A DNA stretch of 64,000 nucleotides from Lama guanicoe (Eukaryota): NCBI GenBank assembly GCA_013239625.1, contig MU053881.1, positions 6,037,957 to 6,101,956 of the forward strand, in the 5' to 3' direction. Shown here in pieces: positions 12,626 through 23,125 of the stretch (position 1 is the first letter of the stretch; each line of letters begins with the position of its first letter). The position numbers were made by a program, and so were the translations under genes. Under the pieces are notes generated by a model. The model made no database searches and had not been told where the DNA came from. It worked only from the letters and a program-made list of their open reading frames with translations.

Positions 12626-13057
12626 TCGTATTAACTGACTAACCTCCTTGGAGGCACCAGATGTTAGAATGAATGATGATACCAACCTGATCGCCCCTGC
12701 ACTTGCAAAAACCTCTATTAGAAGACTCCCTCTGCATTACACATCTGTTTGATAGATGTTCCATCAAAGAGGTGGGTTCTGACAGGTCTAATGGTGGCAC
12801 ATGTTGACAATGATTCTGAACTGTATTTTGCTATATTACAGCCCTCCGAGTATTCCTAGAGGCCACCAAATGTCTTGCAAATGCCACCACCAATATGTCA
12901 CTCTCCTCCAAGGTGGCTTTCTCCAGCCTTGAGTAAGAGGTCACACCGTATATGAGGATCTGGGAAGAGAGTGATGACAGTATGCCAAGTATAGCACATA
13001 CAATATGTCACTTGCTTCCCTCAGGAGTTCTAGGAAATATCTGTCATCATCCCTTAT

Positions 13058-13519
13058 GTCGGTCAGGGATCCTTCAGGTGCGAGTAACAGAACACCCAGA
13101 GACTAACGATGACTTAATTACGTCCTGTAACAAGGCGTCCCCAAGTGCAACAGCTCAGCGTTGTCATCAATGAGCTTTCTGTCCTTCGCCCATTTATCCC
13201 CAGTATGTGGGCTTTTAGTTACAGGCTGATCATCTCGTGGTTGTAAGATAATTGCTTCAGCTACAACTAGAACATCTTTGCACAAAGGAATTCAAGGCAG
13301 AGAAGAAAGAAAAGGAAAATGTTTTGCAGAAACCTCCAACTAGACTGCCTATTGGTCAGAGCTTGGTCACATGCCAGGTCCTCAACCAATTATGAGCTTA
13401 GACCAAATGTGACATATCAATAAGTTAAAAACATGGTCATGCGGATGAACCCATGGTTCTGACAGCAAGGAAAATGGGGGTAGTGGCTATTTGGTGGGCC
13501 ACTAGCCGTGTCTGCCGCA
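13058..13519 (-). mobile_element. MaLR (MLT1-like) LTR
   Basis: gtcagggatccttcaggtgcgagtaacagaacaccc...attggtcagagcttggtcacatgcc...gtgtctgccgca. Confidence 0.6.
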
Positions 13520-13650
13520 TGCCTATTCTACAAATGATGAAACAGAGGATCCAAGAGGTTAAAGTGAAATGGCCAAGGTCACCCAGGCTGCAGGAGGCAG
13601 ACGTAGGATTCAAACTCAAGTCAAGGTATTTTCAATCAAGTATCTTTCCA
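13520..13650 (-). mobile_element. MIR SINE
   Basis: attctacaaatgatgaaacagag...gaggttaaagtgaaatggccaaggtcacccagg...ggattcaaactcaag. Confidence 0.75.
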
Positions 13651-14529
13651 TAGTCAAATGATAGCTGGTTAGGAGATATGCACTGAAGCTCTTTTTATTC
13701 ACCTTTCTGAACCTTCCATTAACCAATTACACTTCCTGCTGGCTTTGCCTGGTCACCCCAAGTGTGGAAGGGACCCTATACTCAACTGACCACCTGGCCC
13801 CATCACACTCACAACCAACCCAGTAAGGACTTTCAGTTTGCTATTTGGGGGTAGCTAGACACAGCCCTGCTGGCAAGTGTAGTCATTAACACCCAGCTGT
13901 TAAAGGCCATGACTCCTTGTTTGTGCTGAGCCATTTTTATGACATCCGAGTGAACACGAGAGGAGGGTAGGCAGAACCATTTTAAGAGTTCCTTTATAAG
14001 GGTTTAATCTTAGAGCCCACAATGATATAAATGTTTAATGCTTTTTCCAGATGTGGATTGGGAGAAGCTGTGTGCATAAACTTTGAATTGACAAAGGTCT
14101 GACTTAGAAAGACAGGTGTCACAGGAAAACGTGGTGGACAAAACTCTGGTTGGGAATCAGGACACCTCCTTCTAGTCCCATCACTGATGCCTGCCATCTG
14201 TGGGTCCCTGAGCTGGCCACCTCTTTTCTCTGGCTGCTTGTTCTCCCCCTCCTTGCTTTTGTCCACAAACACCTGGAGGAAAAGAAATAATTCTTACTCA
14301 TCTTTGCTTCCTTTTTGCTGCCTACAATCTGGGCCATAAAAGGTATGCAGAAAGCAATTGAATCAATGAATGAATGAGTGAATAAAAGCAGGGAGTGGAT
14401 GTTTCCTCTTGGGGGAAGAGTAGTATCTGATTTCCCCATTGTTTTCCGCAGCAGAGGAGGAAATCAACCCAGGTTGAATAAACACAGGAAGGAATGAAAG
14501 GTTTCAAACCACAGGTTGTGTTACCGACT

Positions 14530-14895
14530 CTACGTGGCCATTGCACTTGCTGGTTCTTCTGCCTAGAACTTCCCTCCCCTGACTCATTCTGATCACAGCT
14601 CAGAAATCCCCTTCTCAGGGATGCCACACCTGATCATCCGATCCAAGATTCATACCCCCACTTCCAGCACCTCTGTATGTTTCATCACATCCCCTGGTTC
14701 ATTTTTCTTCCTAGCACTTTTCTCAATGTGCAATTATTTTATTCATTTATGGTCTTCTCCCTCCCCCCACCTCACCCCCTCTAAAATATAAAGTCCTTGA
14801 AAGCAGAACTGTGTCTACCTTGTTCACTGTGGCAGCCCCATCAGAATGTCTGGCACAATGTGGAAGTTCAATAAATATTTATTGAGTGTGTGAAC
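14530..14895 (+). mobile_element. L2 LINE 3' end
   Basis: ttgcacttgctggttcttctgcctagaac...tgtctggcacaatgtggaagttcaataaatatttattgag. Confidence 0.75.
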
Positions 14896-15129
14896 AAATA
14901 ACTATGACTTCCAACCTATTATAAGGTTTCCAAAGACCCCTTCTCCAGAGCCAGAGGCTCTTTCTCATCCATCCAAATCCCTGCAGGGCGTCTCACAATA
15001 TAAAGCATCTCAAAATTCTTTCCAGGCTTGGAGTCAGTCAACTCACATCACCGTGGCCTCTACTCCGCTGACTGTACGCCACGTTCTCCCATCCCCAGAG
15101 CCCTGCCCTTCATCCTCTGGATTTCTGGT

Positions 15130-15445
15130 TACATTTAATTACGGTACAACCACACAATGGAAAGTGATACAGTCGCTAAAAATAATGGCAAAGAAGTGCG
15201 TGTACTGACATGGTAATTTGCTTACAATATATCGTAATTCATTTACAACATTTTATATAGGTAGGTAGATTCCATTTCAACAAAATCTCTTTGCGTAGAT
15301 ACACCTCTACGTGCATGGACCACATGAAAACAATTGGAATACTATACAGCAAAATGTTACCAGTGATAACATGTGTTATGTTTCTGTTATGTTTTCCCCT
15401 ATTTTCTAATTTTCTCATGTTGTTTCTATATCCCTTGTGTAATTT
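15130..15445 (+). mobile_element. L1ME-type 3' end fragment
   Basis: aattacggtacaaccacacaatggaa...aaaatgttaccagtg...tattttctaattttct. Confidence 0.6.
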
Positions 15446-15453
15446 CTGAAAGG

Positions 15454-15535
15454 ATTCAGATGAACCATATGAAACTGTTATTTTGATAGATCAAAAACAC
15501 TCAGTTAGCTTCCATTTCATGTGATTGGGTGAAAT
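15454..15535. mobile_element. MADE2-like mariner MITE (about 80 bp)
   Basis: tgaaccatatgaaactg ... catttcatgtgatt, degenerate terminal inverted repeats resembling MADE2. Confidence 0.55.
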
Positions 15536-15615
15536 GAACTATAAGATTACCTAGCAAATGTAGGCAGGATTGAAGGTTAGAAGGCATTAGACAGACTATA
15601 AAGACTGAGGCCCCA

Positions 15616-15761
15616 GTGGGATTTAGAGGTACAAACTACTACGTATAAAATAGATAAGCAAAAATGATACATTGTATAGTAGAGGGAATTATAGTCATTA
15701 TCTTGTAATGCCTTTTAATGGAGCATAATCTGTAAATCAACTCGACTTCTGTTTTTTTAAA
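15616..15761 (+). mobile_element. Truncated L1 3' end with diverged TSD
   Basis: gaggtacaaactactacgtataaaatagataagc...gtaaatcaact; flanks aaagactgaggcccca (15600-15615) and aaagactaagaacccca (15762-15778). Confidence 0.75.
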
Positions 15762-16944
15762 AAAGACTAAGAACCCCATGATTGCATGCTGGGTGCAATT
15801 GCCATGGAGAAAACAGTCCCGCCAGTGGGATCAGGTTTAAGAAAAGAGAAAGGAGGCAAGTCTTTTAAAGCCAAAAGACTGTGAGCCTGCTATGTCCCAT
15901 ATTAGGACAATAAAATTCCCTGTCACTGCTAATCAACAGGTGACACCTGAGAGTATTGATCAGGTAAGCACTGGGTGGTCATTTCTGCTGCATCTGTGGA
16001 TTTCAGGGTCCCCCACCGGGGCTCCATACATAGAGTGCCTGATTTGGGAATGATAGTGCCCAGTTACCCCTTGTGCAGAAGTCAGCTCTGCACTCAGGGA
16101 GGCTAAGTCAAGATTCACCGAAGGAAGGAGAGGAAGAGGCAGGAGAGGAGATGCAGGAGGAAGAAGGGATATTTATATTTCCCAAGCACCAGGGTCAACG
16201 GCAGGCGCTTTCCCTGGTGTGCTAAGCCTTTTCACACCATCGTTTCTGAAAAGGCAGTGACGCCACCTGTCTATGACAATCATTTGAAAAAAACTGAAGA
16301 GTCAACGTTGAAGGAAAATCCCTAATTTAGACGTTCCAAAGAGCCTTTCATGGAGTTCCACAGTGATGATTCTGATGTGCTGTGGCATCTGTCAGAAGGT
16401 TTTCTCACAGATTAGCACCTAGTTCAGAAGCAGGAAGACAAGGGTAAGGAAGATGGTGAGAGGGTGGAGCCCAGGCATTGGTGGCTCTGGGAAGGGTTAT
16501 AACCAGCCTTGGTCACTGCGCTCAAACCGCAGGCGAATGTGCTTCGAATGGTTAGTGTAGACATTCACCCTCAGGGAAGAAGGGAGCTTCCCCCAGCCTC
16601 TGGGAGGCAAGAGTGATGTGAAGCTTGGATGCATTTGAGGAAATAACAACAGAAAAGGCAAAAGTAATATGCCTACGCCCCAAAAATAGAAAAGAAAAGA
16701 AAAGGAAAGCACAGGAAAGGAAAGGAAGTAGCAAGTCCTAGAAGGTGAAAAAAATCAATCAAAAATGACAAATAGCTAAAAAATTTGTATTCAATTTATT
16801 TAAAAAAAAAAAGAGTGGGAATTCTGCTTCACTAGAAATCAAACAAAGGCCAAGCAAAACAAGAAGATGTCAATTCTCTGTTGTCAAATTAACAAGTTTT
16901 TTTTTTCAAATTAACAAGTTTTAAAGGTTAAAAGTATGTAAGAT

Positions 16945-17075
16945 GGGAGGAGGGTATAGCTCAGTGGTAGAGTGCGTGCCTAGCATGGACGAGGTCCTGG
17001 GTTCAACCCCCAATGCCTCCATTAAAAAAAGTATTTTTAAATAAATAAACCTCCCCTCCTCACCAAAAAAAGCTT
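16945..17075 (+). mobile_element. tRNA-derived camelid SINE (vic-1 type)
   Basis: Pol III A box tagctcagtgg (16957-16967), B box ggttcaacccc (17000-17010), then aaataaataaacct and a C-rich/A-rich tail. Confidence 0.85.
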
Positions 17076-17090
17076 AAAAAATTAAATTTA

Positions 17091-17376
17091 AGAATACAGA
17101 CTTGTGGTTGCCAAGGGGGCGGAGGGTGGGAAGAGATAGACTGGGATTTCAAAATTATAGAATAGATAAACAAGATTATACTGTATAGCACAGGGAAATA
17201 TACACAAGATCTTATGGTAGCTCACAGAGAAAGGAATGTGACAATGAATATATATATGTTCATGTATAACTGAAAAATTGTGCTCTACACTGGAATTTAA
17301 CACAACATTGTAAAATGATTATAAATCAATAAAAAAAGTTAAAAAAATTAAATTAAAAAAAAAACAAACAGAAAAA
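17091..17376 (+). mobile_element. Young camelid L1 3' end
   Basis: cagacttgtggttgccaagggg...ctgtatagcacagggaaatat...aaatcaataaaaaa with A-rich tail; closely similar to the copy at 63886-64000. Confidence 0.9.
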
Positions 17377-17965
17377 CCTGACTTAGCAAAATGTGCCCAA
17401 TTTTTTGAAACAATATTTTCTCCAAATTTGTATTTTTCTAAGCTCTTCAAATGTTCCTCGTTTTTATAATAAACACTTTAAGTCTTAAAAAAAATTAAAT
17501 ACAAAAATGTATATAAGATCCTATGCTGATGAGGGTGGATAATACAGGCATCCTCAGTACATACGTGTGGAGCTATGAAATGAACAACACATAACAGAAA
17601 TGTTTGAGTATTCGAGACCTTTGACCTAGTAATTCTACTTCTGAGCATCTCTTAGGAAAACAATCCTTCAAATATTTTGAACTTTGATTTAATTATTTGT
17701 AATAGCTTAAAAGTTGAAACAACTTAAATCTCCAATCATATGGGGATGATTTATAAGTAATGACAACATATTCACTTAAAATAGTATTACAAACATTTAC
17801 AGTGCTGTTTATAAACACGTTATTAATAAAGACAATCAAAAGCACACAAATGCTCATCACATAATATTCAGTGAAGAAAAATCAGGAACAAAACCGTATA
17901 TACATATCCAAACGTTGTAAAATAAAAATTAAATGGAGTGAAAAAGATAGCAAAGAAATAACACA

Positions 17966-18069
17966 GGGGGTGGGTACAGCTCAGGGGTAAAGTGCATGCA
18001 TGAGGTCCTGAGTTCAATCCCCAACACCTCCATTAAATAAATAAATAAACCTAATTACCCTCCCCCCCA
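17966..18069 (+). mobile_element. vic-1-type SINE with 10-bp TSD
   Basis: gggggtgggtacagctcagggg...gagttcaatcccc...aaataaacctaattacc; TSD aaataacaca at 17956-17965 and 18070-18079. Confidence 0.85.
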
Positions 18070-18734
18070 AAATAACACAACATGTGAAAATTGTTCGGAG
18101 GTGATTGGAACCATTAGTGATTTGTGGGTTTTCCCCATTCTCATCTTATTACCCAAGATTTCTTTTTTTTTCTTTAATACCTAATAATGAAAAATAAAGT
18201 AAGCTGTATTTTTGGACAGGGAAAAAATTTAAAAGATGCATGTCAAATACTCTGCAATTTCTCCATCATAAATAATAAAACGCAATGATGTCTGTAGCAC
18301 ACTCCTGACATACCTAATCCGTTTTGTCTTCCTTCCCCAGAAAGCAGTCTTGCCATCATTATTGTAGAAGTGGGGTTTGAGCCAAATACGCTTAACAAAC
18401 TCACGCAGTACACAAATGTCAGTAAACCCAACAGAAGAAAAAGAAGGCGAGACTACACCAAGAAGAGCAATCTAATGAAACGTAGATAAAACACTGTTTA
18501 CTTGATACATGAAATGCAACAATAAAGTAGAAGCATCCCTTCCTGACCTGGGCTTAAACGAAAAAAATTCTAGGAATGGTGTAAAGTGGGCAAACTAGAG
18601 AAAGACACCTTAAAGGCACACTTTTAAAAAAATCTCAAAGGGGGTTGGAATGTTCTTATTTCAAAAGAAATGTAAATATGATACATACTATTTCTCTGTA
18701 AATTTGGTAAAAGGAGCCTGCTGTTTCCAGAGGA

Positions 18735-18890
18735 AAGAGAAGCAGTGTTTGGAGTTTAAATGTGCATTCCTTCACTTGCTGGCTGGGTGAACTACTGCAA
18801 GTCACTTCATCGATTCCTGGAGGCTCAGTCTCCACATCTGTAAAATGGGGAAAGCGGGCCACCTCCCTGGGTTGTTGCCGGGAGCCACTT
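18735..18890 (+). mobile_element. MIR SINE
   Basis: ctcagtctccacatctgtaaaatgggga...cacctccctgggttgttg. Confidence 0.75.
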
Positions 18891-19329
18891 CTCATTACTG
18901 TTTTATCTATTAAGTACGCCCTCTTTGGCAGCACTAGGCGAGGTGCTTCACATGCCTTATCTTAATGAATCAGTAATAAGACAGCACACGTCGAGGATGT
19001 GTGGTTTTATAAACTCTACTTCCCGTTAGTGAATTGGTTTTAAAGAAACAGCCTGCCCCACGAAAGCTAGACCATAAGTAGAAGAGTCTGAAACAGGTCA
19101 TTTGGTCCAACTCCCTGTCCTCCAGCAGGTCTGAGTTTGCTCACATGTGTAATATGCCTTCTTTCAATCATCAGGAATTTATTGAGCATCTACTGTCCGC
19201 CAGGCATGGTGCTGGATCTGGAGGCATAACTATGGACAAGGTGGCAGTGGGCCTCGTGTGTCTCAAGTGTACAGTCTTGTGCGGGAGGCAGATCAGAAAA
19301 CGGATCTTGGCAACACAGACTGACATGTG

Positions 19330-19540
19330 AACCATAACAAATCCCAGCTTCGCTGTTTAGTACACACGTGACCTCGGACGAATTACTCCGCTTCTCCACA
19401 CTTCAGTTTCTCACGTGTAAAGTGGGGACAATAATAGTTCCCACTTTAAAGGGTATTTGAGAGACTGAAATGAACTAATATGCATAGACCACTTAGACAG
19501 TGCCTGGCACATACGAAAGCTTTAGCTGTGCTTGCTATTA
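19330..19540 (+). mobile_element. MIR SINE
   Basis: aaatcccagct...cttcagtttctcacgtgtaaagtggggacaataatag...cagtgcctggcacata. Confidence 0.8.
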
Positions 19541-20419
19541 GATGGAGTTTGGACTCCACCGCGAGCCCAGTGAGGACTTTTGGTAGGGAAGTTACAGGAG
19601 ACGATTTGTTTTTAGAAAGCCCTTCCAGCCGACCCTGTGTGGAAGACTCGAAGGAGGGTTGGCTGGAGGCAGGGAGTCCGGGAGGTGGCAACTGCCATCA
19701 TCCAGGCGAGGGAAGATGTGACCCAAACTGGCAGTGAGGGGTAGAGCAAGGGGCCAGTCCAAGAGATTCAGAAGACTGAGGAGGACCCACCAGCAGAACC
19801 GAGAGACCCAGGGGATGAGAACGAGGAGCCAGCCAGGGGCAGCAGGCTCCTGGCTTGAGTGACAAGGACTTGGTTTGAAGATCTGTTTTTAACTTCCCAC
19901 GTTTCAAGCCTGCATCCATAACAAGATAATGAGGTTCTTGGAGGGCAGAAACGGCTTTACGCATCTGTGATTCCTGGGGGCCTGGTACACAGTGGGCGCT
20001 CAATGAATGTCTCCTCCGTCCTGGCCCCTCCCAGCCACCAGCCGTTCCACTGGGCTGAGCCCCTGCCAAGGCCTTTACCACAGAAAACCAAACCGCAGTG
20101 GGTTTCCAGAAATGTGGAAAACATCCCCTCAGGAATCCAGACGTCCCCATGGCTCTCCTGCGCAGCAGAGAGGTGGCGGGAGGGGGAGGCCGGCTGGTGA
20201 CGAAGGCTGGGAGCTGCAGGCCACCACTGTCCCAAAGGGCCATAAGTGGCCCGTGGGGAGTGCCTGAAAGAGGGGTCAGGGAGGGAAGGGAGGACCTAGA
20301 ATGCAGGTGTGCAGAGGATCCGGCACATAAGGGCTACCGAGTAAGGCCAGAACAGGCAAAAATTTACCCCCATTCCTCACCCCCCACCCCCCACCCCAGC
20401 ACACAGAGACCACCTCCTC

Positions 20420-20645
20420 TCCATTTATGGAGTATCTGTGAGGTACCCACACTGGGCTAGGCACACGGCTCACATAATCTCCCATGATCCTCCACAGCCC
20501 TGAGACTCAGGGATGATTGACAGATGAGGAAACTGAGACCCAGAGAGGTGAACTCACTTACCCAAGATCACAGCTCGTAAAGGAAGGTTTGGAGATTCGA
20601 ACCCAGGCCTGTGTGGTCAGTCCTAAACCCTTTGCTTTTAACCAC
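20420..20645 (-). mobile_element. MIR SINE, near full length
   Basis: ttgacagatgaggaaactgagacccagagaggtgaactcacttacccaagatcacagct...gattcgaacccagg. Confidence 0.85.
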
Positions 20646-20659
20646 CAGTCAAAAGGCCA

Positions 20660-20930
20660 AAGCCTGAAGCTGGTGGCCCTTGAGGTCAACTCAGCATGCA
20701 GACATGTTTTATTTGGATCTGAAACTGCTTTAAAAAGTGGGAAATTTCACATAAAAGTCCAGGTTTCCGGCTTCTGGTTAGAAACCAGATCTGGCAACCC
20801 TGGGCCCACCTTTCCACAGGACCACAACTGGCCGGGCTGAGGAGTTGCTGCCCCTCGCCCCGCCCCAGCCCAAATTCCTCATTGATGGCCTCTGCTCGGC
20901 CCCTGCAAGCACCTGAATTTGGATTCTAGC
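20660..20930. mobile_element. MER102-like hAT DNA transposon remnant
   Basis: atttcacataaaagtccaggtttccggcttct...gatctggcaaccctgggcccac...gctgaggagttgctgcccc; related copy at 50430-50825. Confidence 0.6.
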
Positions 20931-21509
20931 AGGCTTAGGAGCACCCTCTTAGAAGACAGACCCAAATCATAATATGAGATTCAGTGCCCCCTTCCTCAGC
21001 ATCCATGTGTACCCCCTTATCTCTTTTTCTTGTGCTTAGTGCATGGTCTTTAAAGTCAGACCAGGGGCCCATGGCTTCCCCTTTCGGAGCCTCAGTTTCC
21101 TCATCTCTAAAATGGGGATGCTCATCTGCCTATCTGCCAGGGCTATGGAGAGAATTACATATGCTTCCAGACTCTGGGTTTGGGCCCCACACACCCCCTC
21201 CTTCTCCCTTCTGTGGAGAATATGTTCGGGGGTGCTAGTGGTCCCTCAGGCCCAGACCAGGCAGCAGCTGTCAGAGCAGAACCAGAACAGGCCAGGTTTG
21301 TGGGTGCCCCTGGGCTGGGTGAGGTGCCACCTCTGGGCTCACGGCCCTTGGGCTGACCTTCCCCTAAAGCTTGTTGGTCTAATGAACTTGCTCGTTCCGT
21401 CTGCGTTTTGTTGCCCTCTTTAGAAGGCACACTCTGTGAGGCCTACGGCCGTGTCTCCTTCCCACCTGTACCCGGTGGGCTCACTGTGCGTTAGTAAAAT
21501 CTTCCAGTG

Positions 21510-22120
21510 ATGGAGGCCCTGAGACTCAGTCCCTGGTCCTTTTCTCTTGTCTGTCTACACTCACTCACTTTGTGAACTTCCCAGTGTCAAGGCTTTAAAC
21601 TCCATACACCAATGACTCCACTGAGACCCGCTCCTGCCCCTGCCCCTGCCCCCCGAGTGCATACCTAACTGCCTTCTCAGCATCACCACTTAGCTGTCTA
21701 GTGGACGTCTCAGACTCAGCGTGTCCAGAAGTGAACTCCTGATCTTCCGCTCCGAACGGCTCCACCCGCAGCCTTCCCCCTCTCAGGTAGTGGCAGCTCC
21801 GTCCTTCCAGCTGTTCAGTCGTAAAGCCATGATGTCATCCATCAGCTCTTGCCTGGATTACTGCAGTGGCTTCCTGGCTCACCATCACCCTGCTCATACC
21901 CTTACCTCTTGACAGGCTATTCTTTACGCAAGAGCCAGAGAAATTCTGTTACAACTGAAATCGATTCATTTCTCTCCTCTGTTCAAAACCCTGCAATGAC
22001 GCACTCTGACTCAAGAGTAGATGCCAGAGTTCTTAACAATGGCCTACAAAGCCCTCCGTGGCCCAGAGCCCTCTATGACCTCACTTACGGCTCTCCCCTG
22101 CACTCAGTTTCTGCGACTAG
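21510..22120 (+). mobile_element. L2 fragment
   Basis: ctaactgccttctcagcatcaccactt...gtgtccagaagtgaactcctgatc...tcttgcctggattactgcag...tggcctacaaagccct. Confidence 0.75.
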
Positions 22121-22419
22121 CACAAAATCAGCCAACTAGCAGGGCAAGGAACAGACACTAGAGCTCAGGTCTGCTTTGACTTCAAGGCTCTCAGTTTACA
22201 AAGCACAACTTCATAGCAAGTCTCATTGCTTTCCCTGGACTGCAGTCTTCTCATCTCTGAAATAAAGATACTTCCTCCCACCTGGATGACACAGGAGGGG
22301 ATAGGATTAGAGACTTTCTAAGATCACATTCCACCTCCGGTGTTTGATGCATCTGAATGGGACTCAAGCAGGAGCTATGTTCTAATCATTTCTACATCTC
22401 TGGTACCTGAGATGCATGT

Positions 22420-22700
22420 GTGGGTAGAGGATGGATGGATGGATGGATGGATGGATGGATGGAATGTAGGTGGATGGGTGGAAAAGTGGGTTGGGGATGG
22501 ATGGATAGATAGATGGAAGGTGGGTTGGTAGATGAATGGATGGATAGATGAATGAAGAGTGGGTGGGTGTATGGAAGGTTGGGAGTAGGGTGAATGGATT
22601 TATGGATGGATGGATGGAAGGGAGGTGGGTAAATGGATGAATAGATAGATAGATGAATGGATGGTTCAATAAAGGAATAAACTAATGAATGAATTAATGC
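22420..22700. repeat. Degenerate (GGAT)n/(GAAT)n simple repeat
   Basis: ggatggatggatggatggatgg...gatagatagatgaatggatgg. Confidence 0.95.
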
Positions 22701-22904
22701 ATAAACAAGGGACACTCAGAGAGCTGAGAAGAGGGAGAGAAGATATTGAGGAAGAGCTGCTTCCTGGACTTTCTGATTTGGAGGACTGAGGTAATACCAA
22801 ACCTGGGAGAGCCTCACTTGCTTACCAAATACACGATGGGAGCCCGAACTTTGGGAGGCCAATGGAATGGGAGCCAACAGGTCATCAAGAGGCAGATTAC
22901 GACA

Positions 22905-23125
22905 GAGCAGAGAGCACAGACTTTAGTGTTAGAAGGACCTGGGTTCAAATTTTTTCACCGCAGCTTAAGACCTGAGTGACACCAAGCCCCAGTTTTCTCA
23001 GAGGCACTGGGGGTACATAATCCTTGCTCTCTTGTGGTCACTGTGAAGACTAAATGAGAGAGTGTATCAAGATATATTCTAAAGTGCCCGGCGCATAATA
23101 GATAAGCAAAAAATGGTGCTGCCAT
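22905..23125 (+). mobile_element. MIR SINE
   Basis: agagcacagacttt...gacctgggttcaaat...tgtgaagactaaatgag...gtgcccggcgcataatag. Confidence 0.7.

Larger units (their letters stand above)
16760..18200 (+). mobile_element. Old L1ME-type element interrupted by younger insertions
   Basis: cttcactagaaatcaaac...tcaaattaacaag resumes at 17520 (cctatgctgatgagggtg), then cctttgacctagtaattctactt...gaaacaacttaaatctccaatca...3' UTR to about 18200. Confidence 0.65.

Noticed and set aside
16945..17020. tRNA-like sequence (also at 17966, 30328, 31575, 44195)
   Set aside because: SINE heads with A-rich tails and TSDs, lacking an intact acceptor stem; not tRNA genes
22340..22715. HPSI/WMDG-repeat ORFs
   Set aside because: Translations of the (GGAT)n simple repeat
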